DNA from: Gammaproteobacteria bacterium
GTDB taxonomy: Bacteria; Pseudomonadota; Gammaproteobacteria; UBA4575
Direction: 5' to 3'
Assembly: GCA_965243395.1 (NCBI GenBank)
Contig: CBDEUS010000002.1
Span: forward strand, 978,293 to 1,042,292
Length of the DNA stretch: 64,000 bases
Under the pieces are notes generated by a model that saw only the letters and a list, made by a program, of their open reading frames with translations, was not told the DNA's origin and did not search any database. The first letter of the stretch is position 1. Every line of letters begins with the position of its first letter. Below, in pieces: positions 51,342-61,313 of this stretch. The position numbers and the translations under genes were made by a program.

Positions 51342-53258
51342 ATGAGTACGAAGACAGATAAAAATAATAAAAAAGATGATGCTAAGGAAACTTTGCAGTT
51401 TGAAACAGAAGTAGCACAACTTCTACATCTAATGATTCATTCTCTTTATTCGAATAAAGAGATATTTTTGCGAGAGTTAATTTCAAACGCTTCTGATGCT
51501 TGTGACAAATTACGCTTTGAGGCGATATCAGACGATTCATTGCTAAGTGATGATTCGGATTTAAAGATTCAAGTAGAGTTTGATAAAGATGATAGAACGG
51601 TAACCATTCGTGACAATGGTGTCGGCATGAGCCGTGACGAAGTCGTCAATAATATCGGCACGATTGCAAAATCAGGAACCAAAGAATTTTTATCGCAACT
51701 CACGGGCGATCAAAGCAAAGACTCACATTTAATTGGTCAGTTCGGTGTCGGGTTTTATTCTGCTTTTATTGTCGCCGATAAGGTCACGCTAAAAACACTT
51801 CGTGCCGGGCTTGAAAAAGATCAAGCCGTTCAATGGGAATCTGAAGGCACAGGTTCATACACTTTGGAAAATATTGAAAAAACAAAGCGTGGCACGGAAG
51901 TGACATTACATCTCAAAAAGGATGAAGATGATTTGTTAACGAGTTGGCGATTACGTTCTATTATTACCAAATACTCGGATCATGTGCCTTTGCCCATTGA
52001 AATGCGCGAGGAAAATGATAAAGGTGAGGTCACTGCAAAATGGGAAACCATTAATAAAGCTTCTGCCTTATGGGCACGACCTAAAACAGAAATTTCAGAA
52101 GACGAATATAAAGAGTTTTATAAACACGTAGGACATGATTTCGTTGATCCATTGCTATGGACGCATAACCGAGTTGAAGGTAAAACAGAATATACATCGC
52201 TTTTGTACATTCCTTCTCAAGCCCCGTTTGATTTATTTGATCAAAATCCAAAACATGGTGTAAAGCTCTATGTACAACGTGTCTTTATCATGGATGATGC
52301 GGAAAAATTATTACCAAGATATTTGCGTTTTGTTCGCGGTGTAATCGATTCGAATGATTTACCACTCAATATTTCGCGGGAAATTCTGCAAAGCAATAAA
52401 GTCATCGACAACATCCGCTCGGGTTCGGTTAAAAAAGTATTAGGTCTTTTAGAAAAGCTTTCAAAAAATGAAACCGATAAATATCAAGAATTTTGGAATG
52501 TGTTTGGCAAGGTCTTAAAAGAAGGTCCTGGTGAGGACTTTGCCAACAAAGAAAAAATTGCCAAGTTAATGCGCTTTGCCTCAACACACCAGGAAAGCGA
52601 CGTACAAAACGTTTCGCTGGATGATTACATAGCACGTATGAAGCCAGAGCAAGAAAAAATTTATTACATCACTGCAGATAACTATGCAGCGGCAAAAAAC
52701 AGTCCCCACCTGGAAATATTTAAAGATAAAGGTATTGAAGTTTTATTGTTATTTGATCGAGTAGATGAATGGCTCATGAGTCATTTAACCGAGTATGAAG
52801 AAAAATCTTTTGCTTCGGTGGCAAAAGGCGAGCTTGATCTAGATAAATTAGGCACTGAAGAAGATAAAGAGAAGCGTAAACAAGCGGAAAAAGATGCCGA
52901 GGGATTAGTTAAACGTATTAAAGATGTCCTAGAGGATAAAGTTGAAGATGTTCGAGTTTCTCATCGATTAACTAATTCTCCGGCATGCATCGTTCTAAGT
53001 GAGCATGATATGGCGTTGTATATGCAACACCTTATGAAACAAGCCGGGCATGAAATGCCATCCACTAAACCTGTTTTAGAAATTAATCCAACCCATGCTC
53101 TAGTAGAAAGAATGGAAAATGAGCAAGCAGAAGATCGTTTTGAAGATTGGGCTAAAATTTTGTTTGATCAGGCGATACTCGCAGAAGGTGGGCAGCTTGA
53201 AGATCCTGCAACATTTGTGAATAGATTGAATCAAATGATTAATGAGCTCGCCCAATAA
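51342..53258 (+). CDS. htpG: Chaperone HtpG (Hsp90).
   Basis: [27 protein letters not shown] is almost identical to the E. coli HtpG N-terminus. Confidence 0.95.
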   Translation: MSTKTDKNNKKDDAKETLQFETEVAQLLHLMIHSLYSNKEIFLRELISNASDACDKLRFEAISDDSLLSDDSDLKIQVEFDKDDRTVTIRDNGVGMSRDEVVNNIGTIAKSGTKEFLSQLTGDQSKDSHLIGQFGVGFYSAFIVADKVTLKTLRAGLEKDQAVQWESEGTGSYTLENIEKTKRGTEVTLHLKKDEDDLLTSWRLRSIITKYSDHVPLPIEMREENDKGEVTAKWETINKASALWARPKTEISEDEYKEFYKHVGHDFVDPLLWTHNRVEGKTEYTSLLYIPSQAPFDLFDQNPKHGVKLYVQRVFIMDDAEKLLPRYLRFVRGVIDSNDLPLNISREILQSNKVIDNIRSGSVKKVLGLLEKLSKNETDKYQEFWNVFGKVLKEGPGEDFANKEKIAKLMRFASTHQESDVQNVSLDDYIARMKPEQEKIYYITADNYAAAKNSPHLEIFKDKGIEVLLLFDRVDEWLMSHLTEYEEKSFASVAKGELDLDKLGTEEDKEKRKQAEKDAEGLVKRIKDVLEDKVEDVRVSHRLTNSPACIVLSEHDMALYMQHLMKQAGHEMPSTKPVLEINPTHALVERMENEQAEDRFEDWAKILFDQAILAEGGQLEDPATFVNRLNQMINELAQ

Positions 53259-53700
53259 AAATATAAAAGATAAAAAAGCATTCTGGCAAACCAAAACCCT
53301 TAAGGAGATGTCCAAAAAAGAATGGGAATCTCTCTGCGATGGTTGTGGAAAGTGCTGCTTAATTAAACTGGAAGATGCAGAGACCAAAGAACTCTTTTAT
53401 ACAGACGTTGCATGCCATCTTCTGGACCACGACACATGTCAATGTAAAGATTACTCCAATCGAAAAAAGTTGGTTGAGGACTGCTTGCAGTTAGAAGCGG
53501 ATGATGTTGAAGATTTTAAATGGTTACCAGAAAGCTGCGCTTATCGTTTATTGTATGAAGGCAAAGAACTACCTGACTGGCATTATTTAATTTCGGGTGA
53601 TAAGCAAACAATCCATAGACAGAAAATGTCTGTGCAAAATCGTATTGTGAGTGAAACAGAAGTGATGGAAGTAGCCGAACATATAGTGTACTGGGTTTAG
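53242..53700 (+). CDS. UPF0260 protein YcgN-like (Cys-rich).
   Basis: [13 protein letters not shown] motif. Confidence 0.7.
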   Translation: MSSPNKNIKDKKAFWQTKTLKEMSKKEWESLCDGCGKCCLIKLEDAETKELFYTDVACHLLDHDTCQCKDYSNRKKLVEDCLQLEADDVEDFKWLPESCAYRLLYEGKELPDWHYLISGDKQTIHRQKMSVQNRIVSETEVMEVAEHIVYWV

Positions 53701-53707
53701 TATTACA

Positions 53708-54364
53708 CTAAATTATACTGGCCAAATATCCATCCTGTCCTTTTATTTTATTTGTGTAGTGCAAATTAAAATCTTCCACAATTGATTTTTGCACAGCTTC
53801 TAAGTCTAGTAAATTATCTCTCCATCTTTTCAGCTTGGGGAAATTATTCCAATCTAATAGATTCAATTTTTCATTCATAAAATCTAAACGGATAAGTAAA
53901 GGCGCATATGCAGCATCTATGAGTGACAGTTCTTCACCATTAAAAAATGTTGAGTCGTCTAATATATCTTCTACTCTTTGTAAACGAGTCACACATTCAC
54001 CCATTTGTCCTTTCATGTCTTTTTCGTCTTTATGATTCGCAATTAAAAATAAATCTGCTAAGCAGGTCCCACCATATTCAATCCAGGCTCGATTTTTAGC
54101 AAGGGTGAGCGGATCAGATGGTTTGAGTGAACCAGGGGTAACATCGTCAATAAATTCATTTATTACCGCAGACTCGAAAAGAACTTCTTTGTCGTCTACT
54201 TTCAAGACCGGTACTTTGCCAAGCGGAGAGATTTCTAAAAACCAGTCTGGCGGATTTAATAAGTCAATGAACGTAATATCAAATTCACAATTTTTGTGGT
54301 TAAGTGTGATCACACTACGCTGTACAAAAGGGCAAACATTGAAGCTGATAAGTTCTAGTTTCAT
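53708..54364 (-). CDS. Glutathione S-transferase family protein.
   Basis: 218 aa with a thioredoxin-like N-terminus (VCPFVQR) and a GST C-terminus. Confidence 0.8.
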   Translation of the reverse strand: MKLELISFNVCPFVQRSVITLNHKNCEFDITFIDLLNPPDWFLEISPLGKVPVLKVDDKEVLFESAVINEFIDDVTPGSLKPSDPLTLAKNRAWIEYGGTCLADLFLIANHKDEKDMKGQMGECVTRLQRVEDILDDSTFFNGEELSLIDAAYAPLLIRLDFMNEKLNLLDWNNFPKLKRWRDNLLDLEAVQKSIVEDFNLHYTNKIKGQDGYLASII

Positions 54365-54421
54365 GGTAGAAATAGCTAAAATTTGAATCGCTGTATTATA
54401 CGTAAGAGTTTAAGATATCCC

Positions 54422-54814
54422 ATGTCAGAATCGCAAAAAATTCGTATAGATAAATGGCTTTGGGCCGCACGCTTTTTCAAAACACGTGCACTGGCATCAA
54501 AAGCTGTGGATGGAGGAAAGGTGCATGTAAATGGCCAACGTGTGAAGTCTTCGCGACCTATTCAAGTGGGAAATCGTATAGAAATCACACGTGCACAAAC
54601 GCATTTCGTGATTGAGGTTGTTGCTCTCAGTGAAAAACGAGGTCCAGCAAAAAAAGCTCAACTTTTATATAACGAAACTCAAGATAGTATCGAGCAAAGA
54701 GAACATCAGTCACAGCAAAGAAAAATCATGAATGCCAGTTTACCTAGATCGCAAGGCAAGCCGGACAAGCATCAACGCCGCCAGATTCGCAAAGCGAGTG
54801 GCAAGTCAAATTAG
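54422..54814 (+). CDS. hslR: Heat shock protein 15 (ribosome-associated, S4 domain).
   Basis: IRIDKWLWAARFFKTRALA is like E. coli Hsp15 (RLDKWLWAARFYKTRALA). The start is taken at the internal Met. Confidence 0.85.
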   Translation: MSESQKIRIDKWLWAARFFKTRALASKAVDGGKVHVNGQRVKSSRPIQVGNRIEITRAQTHFVIEVVALSEKRGPAKKAQLLYNETQDSIEQREHQSQQRKIMNASLPRSQGKPDKHQRRQIRKASGKSN

Positions 54815-54863
54815 TAAAAATGAGTAATTAATGGAATTTTCTGAAAAGACGATTAGGTTGGCG

Positions 54864-55673
54864 TTATTGATTAATTTTGAATGAGATGACAGATTTAGAA
54901 TCGTTATCTACAGGTTTGCCCATGCTCATGACTCCACTGGTAATAAGAGTCTGTTCGTTTTTTGAGACATGAATTTTTTGACCGTTATCAAATTTAATGT
55001 AAGTTCCATTGAAACTATTATCGGCTAAAAAGAATTTACCTTCTTTAAATGTAATTTTGGCATGTGCGCGTGATACAAATTTGCCTTGCACGACAATATC
55101 ACAGCTTGGATCACGGCCCACTTGGCAACTTTCTTTTTCGCCTGTGACGACATGTTTCTTGCCTTTTAATGAAAGCTCGATTGATGCTTCTGCTTCATTT
55201 GCATCAATTGAAGGATCTGGTTCAGGTAGTTCATCTTGAGACGGAATATGAATTTCTGCAGATTCATCCATTTCTGCAATGTCTTCAATTTTGTTATTTG
55301 AAACAGCTTCTATATTAGTAGCATCCAAAATTTCATCTTCTAGATCTTTAATAGAAGATACTATATTGGATGAGGCAGGTTCATCGTCTTTAAGGGCTTC
55401 TTCCAGTTCCCGTGCCCTAGTATCACTTATGTCAATGGATGTGTTGTTTGGTTGTTGTTTTTTCTCGGCAGCAACAGGAGTAGAAGCTGAACTTTCTTCT
55501 TGAGCTTCTTCCTCTTCTACTACATGACGCCGGTCGACTTTTCTACGGCGACTTTTAGTCACCAATACTCCATCACTATCAATGAATGGATAGGTGACTT
55601 TACGGCCCCAGCGGCGGCGTTCATTTTTTCTGCGTTCTTTCATGAAATGGGAGAATATACGTATCAACCCCAA
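54864..55673 (-). CDS. FHA-domain protein with an Arg-rich N-terminal motif and an acidic linker.
   Basis: The C-terminal FHA is GRDPSCDIVVQG...SRAHAKI...NGTYI. The N-terminus is ERRKNERRR...YPFIDSDGVLV...RRRKVDRR. Confidence 0.7.
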   Translation of the reverse strand: MGLIRIFSHFMKERRKNERRRWGRKVTYPFIDSDGVLVTKSRRRKVDRRHVVEEEEAQEESSASTPVAAEKKQQPNNTSIDISDTRARELEEALKDDEPASSNIVSSIKDLEDEILDATNIEAVSNNKIEDIAEMDESAEIHIPSQDELPEPDPSIDANEAEASIELSLKGKKHVVTGEKESCQVGRDPSCDIVVQGKFVSRAHAKITFKEGKFFLADNSFNGTYIKFDNGQKIHVSKNEQTLITSGVMSMGKPVDNDSKSVISFKINQ

Positions 55674-55796
55674 AGTATGCGGAAATAGCTAACACTTTGA
55701 ATAGCTTAAGACTATTCTACAGCCAGGTGGTAGAAACCGGCCGATTAATGTATCCAGAAACCTGCTTGTTTTGGCTGCGTGTAATGGCCAGAGTGA

Positions 55797-56312
55797 CTAT
55801 GGACAGAAGTAGTGGATTACGTCTTTCTCTACGTATTCGATTGGGGTGCCAAGGCTAATAATGCCACTGCCATGTAGTTCCATTTTTTCACCCATCAGGA
55901 ACATTTCGCCTTCATCGTTTTTAATATAGGTGCCATTGGTGCTGTGGTCTGTGATATGAAATACACCGTTTTCGAAACTAAATCGTGCATGTTGTCGTGA
56001 TGTGTAACGATTTTGAATTTTTACAGTGCAAGTTTGTGCACGTCCCACAATGACTTCATCAGTATCAGGAAATAATTCACAAACTTCATCTTTATGCCAC
56101 AAGAATAGCCGTGTTGCCTCTGTATCTGCGGTGTCAACATCAGATTTAGCATCGTTCTGAATTTCGATGTTATTGATTCTTCGATCAGGAATTCTTCGAC
56201 GGTCTTCACGAACTAATGTTTGGTCACTATCGAAAAATGGAAATGGGGGGCTGTCGCTGGATTTGCGACGATCTTCAAGAGTTCTTCTTTCGTTAATGAA
56301 TTCCGTGCCCAT
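55797..56312 (-). CDS. FHA-domain protein, a paralog of the upstream gene with the same N-terminal Arg-rich motif.
   Basis: The C-terminal FHA is GRAQTCTVKIQNRYTSRQHARF...NGTYI. The N-terminus is ERRTLEDRRK...FPFFDSDQTLV...DRRRIPDRR. Confidence 0.7.
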   Translation of the reverse strand: MGTEFINERRTLEDRRKSSDSPPFPFFDSDQTLVREDRRRIPDRRINNIEIQNDAKSDVDTADTEATRLFLWHKDEVCELFPDTDEVIVGRAQTCTVKIQNRYTSRQHARFSFENGVFHITDHSTNGTYIKNDEGEMFLMGEKMELHGSGIISLGTPIEYVEKDVIHYFCP

Positions 56313-56391
56313 ATTTAATTGAAGTAAAGTAACTATTTACTCACGTAATTAATTAGTGAGTGCTTAGGTAACACCGCTACAGAATGTTACG

Positions 56392-56559
56392 TTATGTAAT
56401 GATCAGTAAAGACTGAGTCAGTTGTGGTGCCCAGATTTTAAACATGGCATATCCATAAGTAGCAAGACCTAAAAATAACCATATTGCGAGTAAAAATATT
56501 GGAGAAACTTGTTGCTCCTCGAAGCTGGGAGTACTTGCGTTTTCTACAAGTTGTGTCAT
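56392..56559 (-). CDS. Possible 55-aa single-pass membrane peptide upstream of the FHA pair.
   Basis: MTQLVENASTPSFEEQQVSPIFLLAIWLFLGLATYGYAMFKIW..., with a GAGGT ribosome-binding site 7 nt upstream. It is below the ORF-track size cutoff. Confidence 0.3.
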   Translation of the reverse strand: MTQLVENASTPSFEEQQVSPIFLLAIWLFLGLATYGYAMFKIWAPQLTQSLLIIT

Positions 56560-56804
56560 TTACATACCTCAAAGACTAGATGTTTGTACTCTAGATGCAA
56601 ATTTTATCATGATGCTTGTTAAGTTGATATGAAGCTTTTGAAGTTTTTATTGTTTTCAATTGTGAAGTTTTTTGTGTAATTTAGTTGTCGAGTAGCGAAT
56701 AAATAAACGTCAAAAATTTAGGGTAATAAGCAAAGATTTTAGATTTAGATGTTATGATAACTTAAAGAAAATATTGAATATTTGTATACGAATTATTTCT
56801 TACT

Positions 56805-58118
56805 ATGAAGAAAGATTTAGATTCTAAGCTAGCTGATTTGCATCTTTCTTGCTTGACAGAGCAATCAATTGACTCCAGTCAGATATGTGACGGTGCCTTG
56901 AAAATTATTTCTCAGCTGCATGCAGCAGGGTTTCAAGCCTATATTGTGGGCGGTGGAGTAAGGGATTTATTGCTGGATTTGCACCCCAAAGATTTTGATA
57001 TTGCCACCAATGCCACCCCCGAAGATGTGCGTCGTTTATTTGATAACAGCCGAATAATCGGCAGGCGTTTTCGTATAGTTCACGTCTATTTTGAAGGTGG
57101 TTTTGTTGAAGTTTCAACGTTTCGTGCAGCAAGTAGAGCCAGTACAAACAAAGAGGGGCGTATTATTGCGGACAATACATTTGGCAGTATTGAAGAAGAT
57201 GCGTTTCGTCGTGACTTTACGGTTAATGCATTATTTTATGATTCAGAAAATGATCAAATTTTAGATTTAGTTAATGGTATTCAAGACGTAAACGCTAAAT
57301 TATTACGTGTCATTGGCGATCCTGATTTACGTTTTCGTGAAGATCCAGTACGTATGTTGCGTGCCATCAGATTAGCAACCAAGCTTAATTTTGAAATTGA
57401 AGAGAGTGCTAAAGATGCAATTATTCGTTTGGGTTGTTTGCTATCCGAAGTACCCTCGGCACGTTTGTTTGATGAAATGATTAAACTATTTCATGGAGGC
57501 CATGCTTTAGAAACTTATAAGGGTTTACGTGAGTATGATTTATTTCGTCATATGTTTCCTCTGACTCAGCAAGTGCTCGAGGAAGAGACAGCTAGTGAGT
57601 CATTTACATTTACGAATTTGGTTCGAATCGCGCTGGAGAATACAGATGAACGTATTCTTACTGGAAAATCGGTTACACCTGCATTTCTGTACGCAGTATT
57701 TTTATGGGGGCCTATGCGTAAACTAAGCAAACAGCTGGAGCTGGATGGTTTGTCACCACGGGTCGCTCATGATGCTGCTGCAAAAGATACTATTCTTTCG
57801 CAATTACCTTATACATCAATTCCAAAACGCTTTTCTTTTTCGATGCGTGATATTTGGAATTTGCAATATCGTTTTTATCGCCGAAGGGGTAAGCAAGTAT
57901 ATAAGTTGTTTGAGCATGATCGGTTTCGTGCGGCCTACGATTTTTTATGCTTACGAGCAAGCGCTGGAGAACCGGTAGATGAACTTTGCGAATGGTGGAC
58001 GGTTTTTCAAGAAGTGGATGACGCTACACGGCGAAAGATGTTGCGTGCTTCAAAAGAGACTAAAAAATCTAAAGCAAAAATGAAGTCGGGCCGCTATAAA
58101 AACAAAACCTATCATTAG
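56805..58118 (+). CDS. pcnB: Poly(A) polymerase I.
   Basis: Nucleotidyltransferase motif GGGVRDLLL...DFD. The pcnB-folK pair is conserved. Confidence 0.9.
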   Translation: MKKDLDSKLADLHLSCLTEQSIDSSQICDGALKIISQLHAAGFQAYIVGGGVRDLLLDLHPKDFDIATNATPEDVRRLFDNSRIIGRRFRIVHVYFEGGFVEVSTFRAASRASTNKEGRIIADNTFGSIEEDAFRRDFTVNALFYDSENDQILDLVNGIQDVNAKLLRVIGDPDLRFREDPVRMLRAIRLATKLNFEIEESAKDAIIRLGCLLSEVPSARLFDEMIKLFHGGHALETYKGLREYDLFRHMFPLTQQVLEEETASESFTFTNLVRIALENTDERILTGKSVTPAFLYAVFLWGPMRKLSKQLELDGLSPRVAHDAAAKDTILSQLPYTSIPKRFSFSMRDIWNLQYRFYRRRGKQVYKLFEHDRFRAAYDFLCLRASAGEPVDELCEWWTVFQEVDDATRRKMLRASKETKKSKAKMKSGRYKNKTYH

Positions 58119-58130
58119 GTTTTTAACACT

Positions 58131-58631
58131 ATGCCTTTTAAAGATGCCTACATAGGGTTAGGAAGTAATTTATCTGATCCACATGCTCAGGTTGCTCAAG
58201 CACTGCAAGAGCTGAATGATATTGCGGATACCAAGCTTGTAAAAGTTTCAAGTTTTTATATCAGTAAACCCATGGGTCCTTCAGATCAGCCTGATTACAT
58301 CAATGCAGTGGCTAAAATCAGTACGAGTCTTTCTGCCGAAGAACTGCTAGTAGAATTGCAACGTATTGAAAATAAGCACCAAAGGCAGCGAAATAAGCAA
58401 CGTTGGGGGCCAAGGACCTTAGATTTAGATATCATCCTATATGGGGATGAACAAATTGATAGTAAGAAGCTACAAATCCCACATTACGGTGTATCTGAAC
58501 GAGGATTTGTATTAATTCCTTTACAAGAGCTACAGGCGGACCTCATTATTCCTGGCAAGGGCTCAGTTGCTGATCTTATTGAGAAACTGCCGGATTACCA
58601 TTTAGAAAAGTTAAACCATAATAATGGATAA
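58131..58631 (+). CDS. folK: 2-amino-4-hydroxy-6-hydroxymethyldihydropteridine pyrophosphokinase.
   Basis: HPPK motifs (GPRTLDLDIILY). Confidence 0.9.
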   Translation: MPFKDAYIGLGSNLSDPHAQVAQALQELNDIADTKLVKVSSFYISKPMGPSDQPDYINAVAKISTSLSAEELLVELQRIENKHQRQRNKQRWGPRTLDLDIILYGDEQIDSKKLQIPHYGVSERGFVLIPLQELQADLIIPGKGSVADLIEKLPDYHLEKLNHNNG

Positions 58632-59274
58632 GCATAATCTTAAATACATAGTCATCGAGGGGCCGATTGGGGTGGGAAAAACCAGTTTGGCGCAACGTTT
58701 GGCTGACGAGTTTGGTTCAACATTGTTGCTTGAACATGTTGACGATAATCCTTTTCTTGAACGTTTTTATCAAAATCCGCGCGAAGCCGCGTTGTCTACA
58801 CAACTTTATTTTTTATTACAACGTACAAAACAGCTTCAAGAATTTAAGCAAGCCGATATTTTTTCGCCAGTGCGTGTGGCCGATTTTCTGATCGAAAAAG
58901 ATCGTTTGTTTGCGCAAGTAACTTTAAATGCCAGTGAATTTGAACTTTATGAACAAATTTATTCGCATTTAACCATAGACGCACCCGTTCCTGATTTAGT
59001 GGTGTATTTACAAGCGCCAGTAGAAATTTTAATTCAGCGTATTCGTAAACGTGGAAGAGGTTATGAACGTTTGATTGAAACGGCATATTTAGAGCAATTG
59101 AACGAAGCGTATGCGAAGTTCTTCTATGACTATGAAGAAGCTCCATGTTTAATTGTCAATGCGAGTGATATTGATTTCATTAACAATGATCAAGACTATC
59201 AGCAGTTGTTACATGAAATACTCAATACAGAGGCAGGCAAGCGTTATTTTAACCCTTTGCCATTTGCTGGTTAG
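58624..59274 (+). CDS. Deoxynucleoside kinase (dGK/dAK family).
   Basis: P-loop IEGPIGVGKTS and a DRY/F-like ERS region. Confidence 0.8.
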   Translation: MDKHNLKYIVIEGPIGVGKTSLAQRLADEFGSTLLLEHVDDNPFLERFYQNPREAALSTQLYFLLQRTKQLQEFKQADIFSPVRVADFLIEKDRLFAQVTLNASEFELYEQIYSHLTIDAPVPDLVVYLQAPVEILIQRIRKRGRGYERLIETAYLEQLNEAYAKFFYDYEEAPCLIVNASDIDFINNDQDYQQLLHEILNTEAGKRYFNPLPFAG

Positions 59275-59307
59275 AAATTCCTAACTTTACCCTGACATTT
59301 TTTTAGA

Positions 59308-60105
59308 ATGAGTATTCATAAGCCGCAAAAAAATATTACTCTCACTCGTTTGCATGAGATGAAAGCAAGTAATGAAAAAATTGCTTGTTTAACAGCCTAT
59401 GACGCCAGTTTTGCCACCATCCTGGATCAAGCAGGTATGGATGTAATCCTCATTGGCGACTCACTCGGCATGGTGGTGCAAGGACAAGACAGTACTGTTT
59501 CTGTAACCATGGAAGATATGATTTATCACAGCCAATGTGTAAGTGCAGTAGTAAAGAATGCCTTTGTTATTGCAGATATGCCATTTATGTCTTACACCAA
59601 CGTTGAGCAAGCATTAGCCAATGCAACGGATCTCATACAACTAGGCGGTGCGCAAATGGTCAAGCTCGAAGCTTCTACTAGACAGGTGAGTATTGTTGAA
59701 GAATTAAGTGAGTGTGGAATCCCAATTTGTGCGCATTTAGGTTTGCGTCCTCAGTATATTCATAAATTAGGCGGTTACGCCATGCAAGGCAAGGATGATG
59801 CGAGTGCGAAACAGTTGTTTGAAAGCGCTCAAAGCTTGCAAGCTGCAGGTGCTGATATGTTGTTGTTAGAGTGTGTGCCTAAGGCTTTAGCAAAAAAAAT
59901 TACTCAAGAATCTTCTATACCTGTAATTGGGATAGGAGCTGGATCAGATTGTGATGGACAGATTCTTGTGCTACATGACGTCATTGGTATCACTCATGGA
60001 GTTACTCCAAAGTTTGCAAAAAACTTTTTATCTGAAGCGGATGATATTCCATCTGCTATTTCAAATTACGTTAATGACGTTAAGAATCTTAAATTTCCTC
60101 ATTAA
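59308..60105 (+). CDS. panB: 3-methyl-2-oxobutanoate hydroxymethyltransferase.
   Basis: 265 aa, conserved KPHMP. Confidence 0.95.
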   Translation: MSIHKPQKNITLTRLHEMKASNEKIACLTAYDASFATILDQAGMDVILIGDSLGMVVQGQDSTVSVTMEDMIYHSQCVSAVVKNAFVIADMPFMSYTNVEQALANATDLIQLGGAQMVKLEASTRQVSIVEELSECGIPICAHLGLRPQYIHKLGGYAMQGKDDASAKQLFESAQSLQAAGADMLLLECVPKALAKKITQESSIPVIGIGAGSDCDGQILVLHDVIGITHGVTPKFAKNFLSEADDIPSAISNYVNDVKNLKFPH

Positions 60106-60111
60106 ATAATC

Positions 60112-60963
60112 ATGCAAGTTGTAAATACGGTTGCTGAGTTACGCCAGCAAGTTAAGGTATGGAAATCTGAGCGGGAAAAAATTGCATTTGTTCCTACAAT
60201 GGGCAACTTGCATGCGGGTCATTTAGCATTAGTCAAACATGCGCATACATGTGGAAGCAAAATTGTTTGCAGTATTTTTGTCAATGCTTTGCAATTTGAT
60301 CGAGACGAAGACTTACAAGCCTATCCACGCACACCCGAGCAAGATCTTGAAGCTTTAAAGAGTGAGGATGTAGATTTAGTTTTCATGCCAGAACATGATG
60401 ACGTCTATGCTGAAAAGCATAAACCGAAAAAGGTAATTCCTAAACATCCTATTAACCAAGAATTATGTGGTGAGTTTCGACCAGGATTTTTTGATGGCAT
60501 TGTAGAAGTGGTTGCAAGATTATTTGATATGGTTGCTCCCGATGTTGCGGTATTCGGTGAAAAAGATTTTCAACAACTGGTTATTATTAAGCTATTAGTA
60601 GAAGATTTAAGATTACCGATTAAGATCGAATCCGTTGCAACGCAGCGAGAGGAAGATGGTTTAGCGTATAGCTCGCGTAATGTTTATTTAAGCTCAGAAG
60701 AAAGAGCAAAAGCCAGACATTTATATGCAGCCTTAAAGCATGTAAAAACTCAAATTGAGTCGGGATTTAATGACTTCGAGGCCTTAGAGCAACAGGCAAT
60801 GGGGCAGCTTTCACTGGCGGGTTTTCAGCCAGATTACGTAGCCATTCGAGATGCCGAAGATCTCGGTAACCCTGAATATGCTACTGATTCTATTGTAATT
60901 TTAGGAGCTGCATGGCTTGGAAAAGCACGTTTGATCGACAATTTACTGTTACAAATCCGTTAA
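60112..60963 (+). CDS. panC: Pantoate-beta-alanine ligase.
   Basis: PTMGNLHAGH HIGH-type motif. Confidence 0.95.
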   Translation: MQVVNTVAELRQQVKVWKSEREKIAFVPTMGNLHAGHLALVKHAHTCGSKIVCSIFVNALQFDRDEDLQAYPRTPEQDLEALKSEDVDLVFMPEHDDVYAEKHKPKKVIPKHPINQELCGEFRPGFFDGIVEVVARLFDMVAPDVAVFGEKDFQQLVIIKLLVEDLRLPIKIESVATQREEDGLAYSSRNVYLSSEERAKARHLYAALKHVKTQIESGFNDFEALEQQAMGQLSLAGFQPDYVAIRDAEDLGNPEYATDSIVILGAAWLGKARLIDNLLLQIR

Positions 60964-61017
60964 ATCAGTATACTTAAGACAAGAGTATTCGAAGATTCAT
61001 AATTCAAGGAGTTCGGT

Positions 61018-61116
61018 ATGTGGATGTTAGTTGTATTTATGATTGTACTAACCTTTGTAGTAAATATTGCTGCACAATTAAATTTATTTTCTCACCTTAA
61101 GAATGGTACTTATTAG
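61018..61116 (+). CDS. Possible 32-aa hydrophobic peptide between panC and its terminator.
   Basis: MWMLVVFMIVLTFVVNIAAQLNLFSHLKNGTY, with AAGGAG 7 nt upstream. Confidence 0.25.
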   Translation: MWMLVVFMIVLTFVVNIAAQLNLFSHLKNGTY

Positions 61117-61144
61117 CAGTTATCTCATTCTTAATATTAGAATT

Positions 61145-61177
61145 AAAAGGGCGCGAATAGCGCCCTTATTTTTTTAC
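61145..61177 (+). terminator. Rho-independent terminator ending the pan transcription unit.
   Basis: AAAAGGGCGC-gaata-GCGCCCTTATTTTTTT. Confidence 0.8.
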
Positions 61178-61313
61178 GCTGTCAGAAGCCTTGATTTATT
61201 CTGGCTACTTCGTTAAAAATCATTTCAATTTTACTCATGTATATATTTATACATATCGCTCTTTTCTATAATTTTTGCCTCGTCTCAAAATAAATCAAGG
61301 CTTCTCTGAGAAA

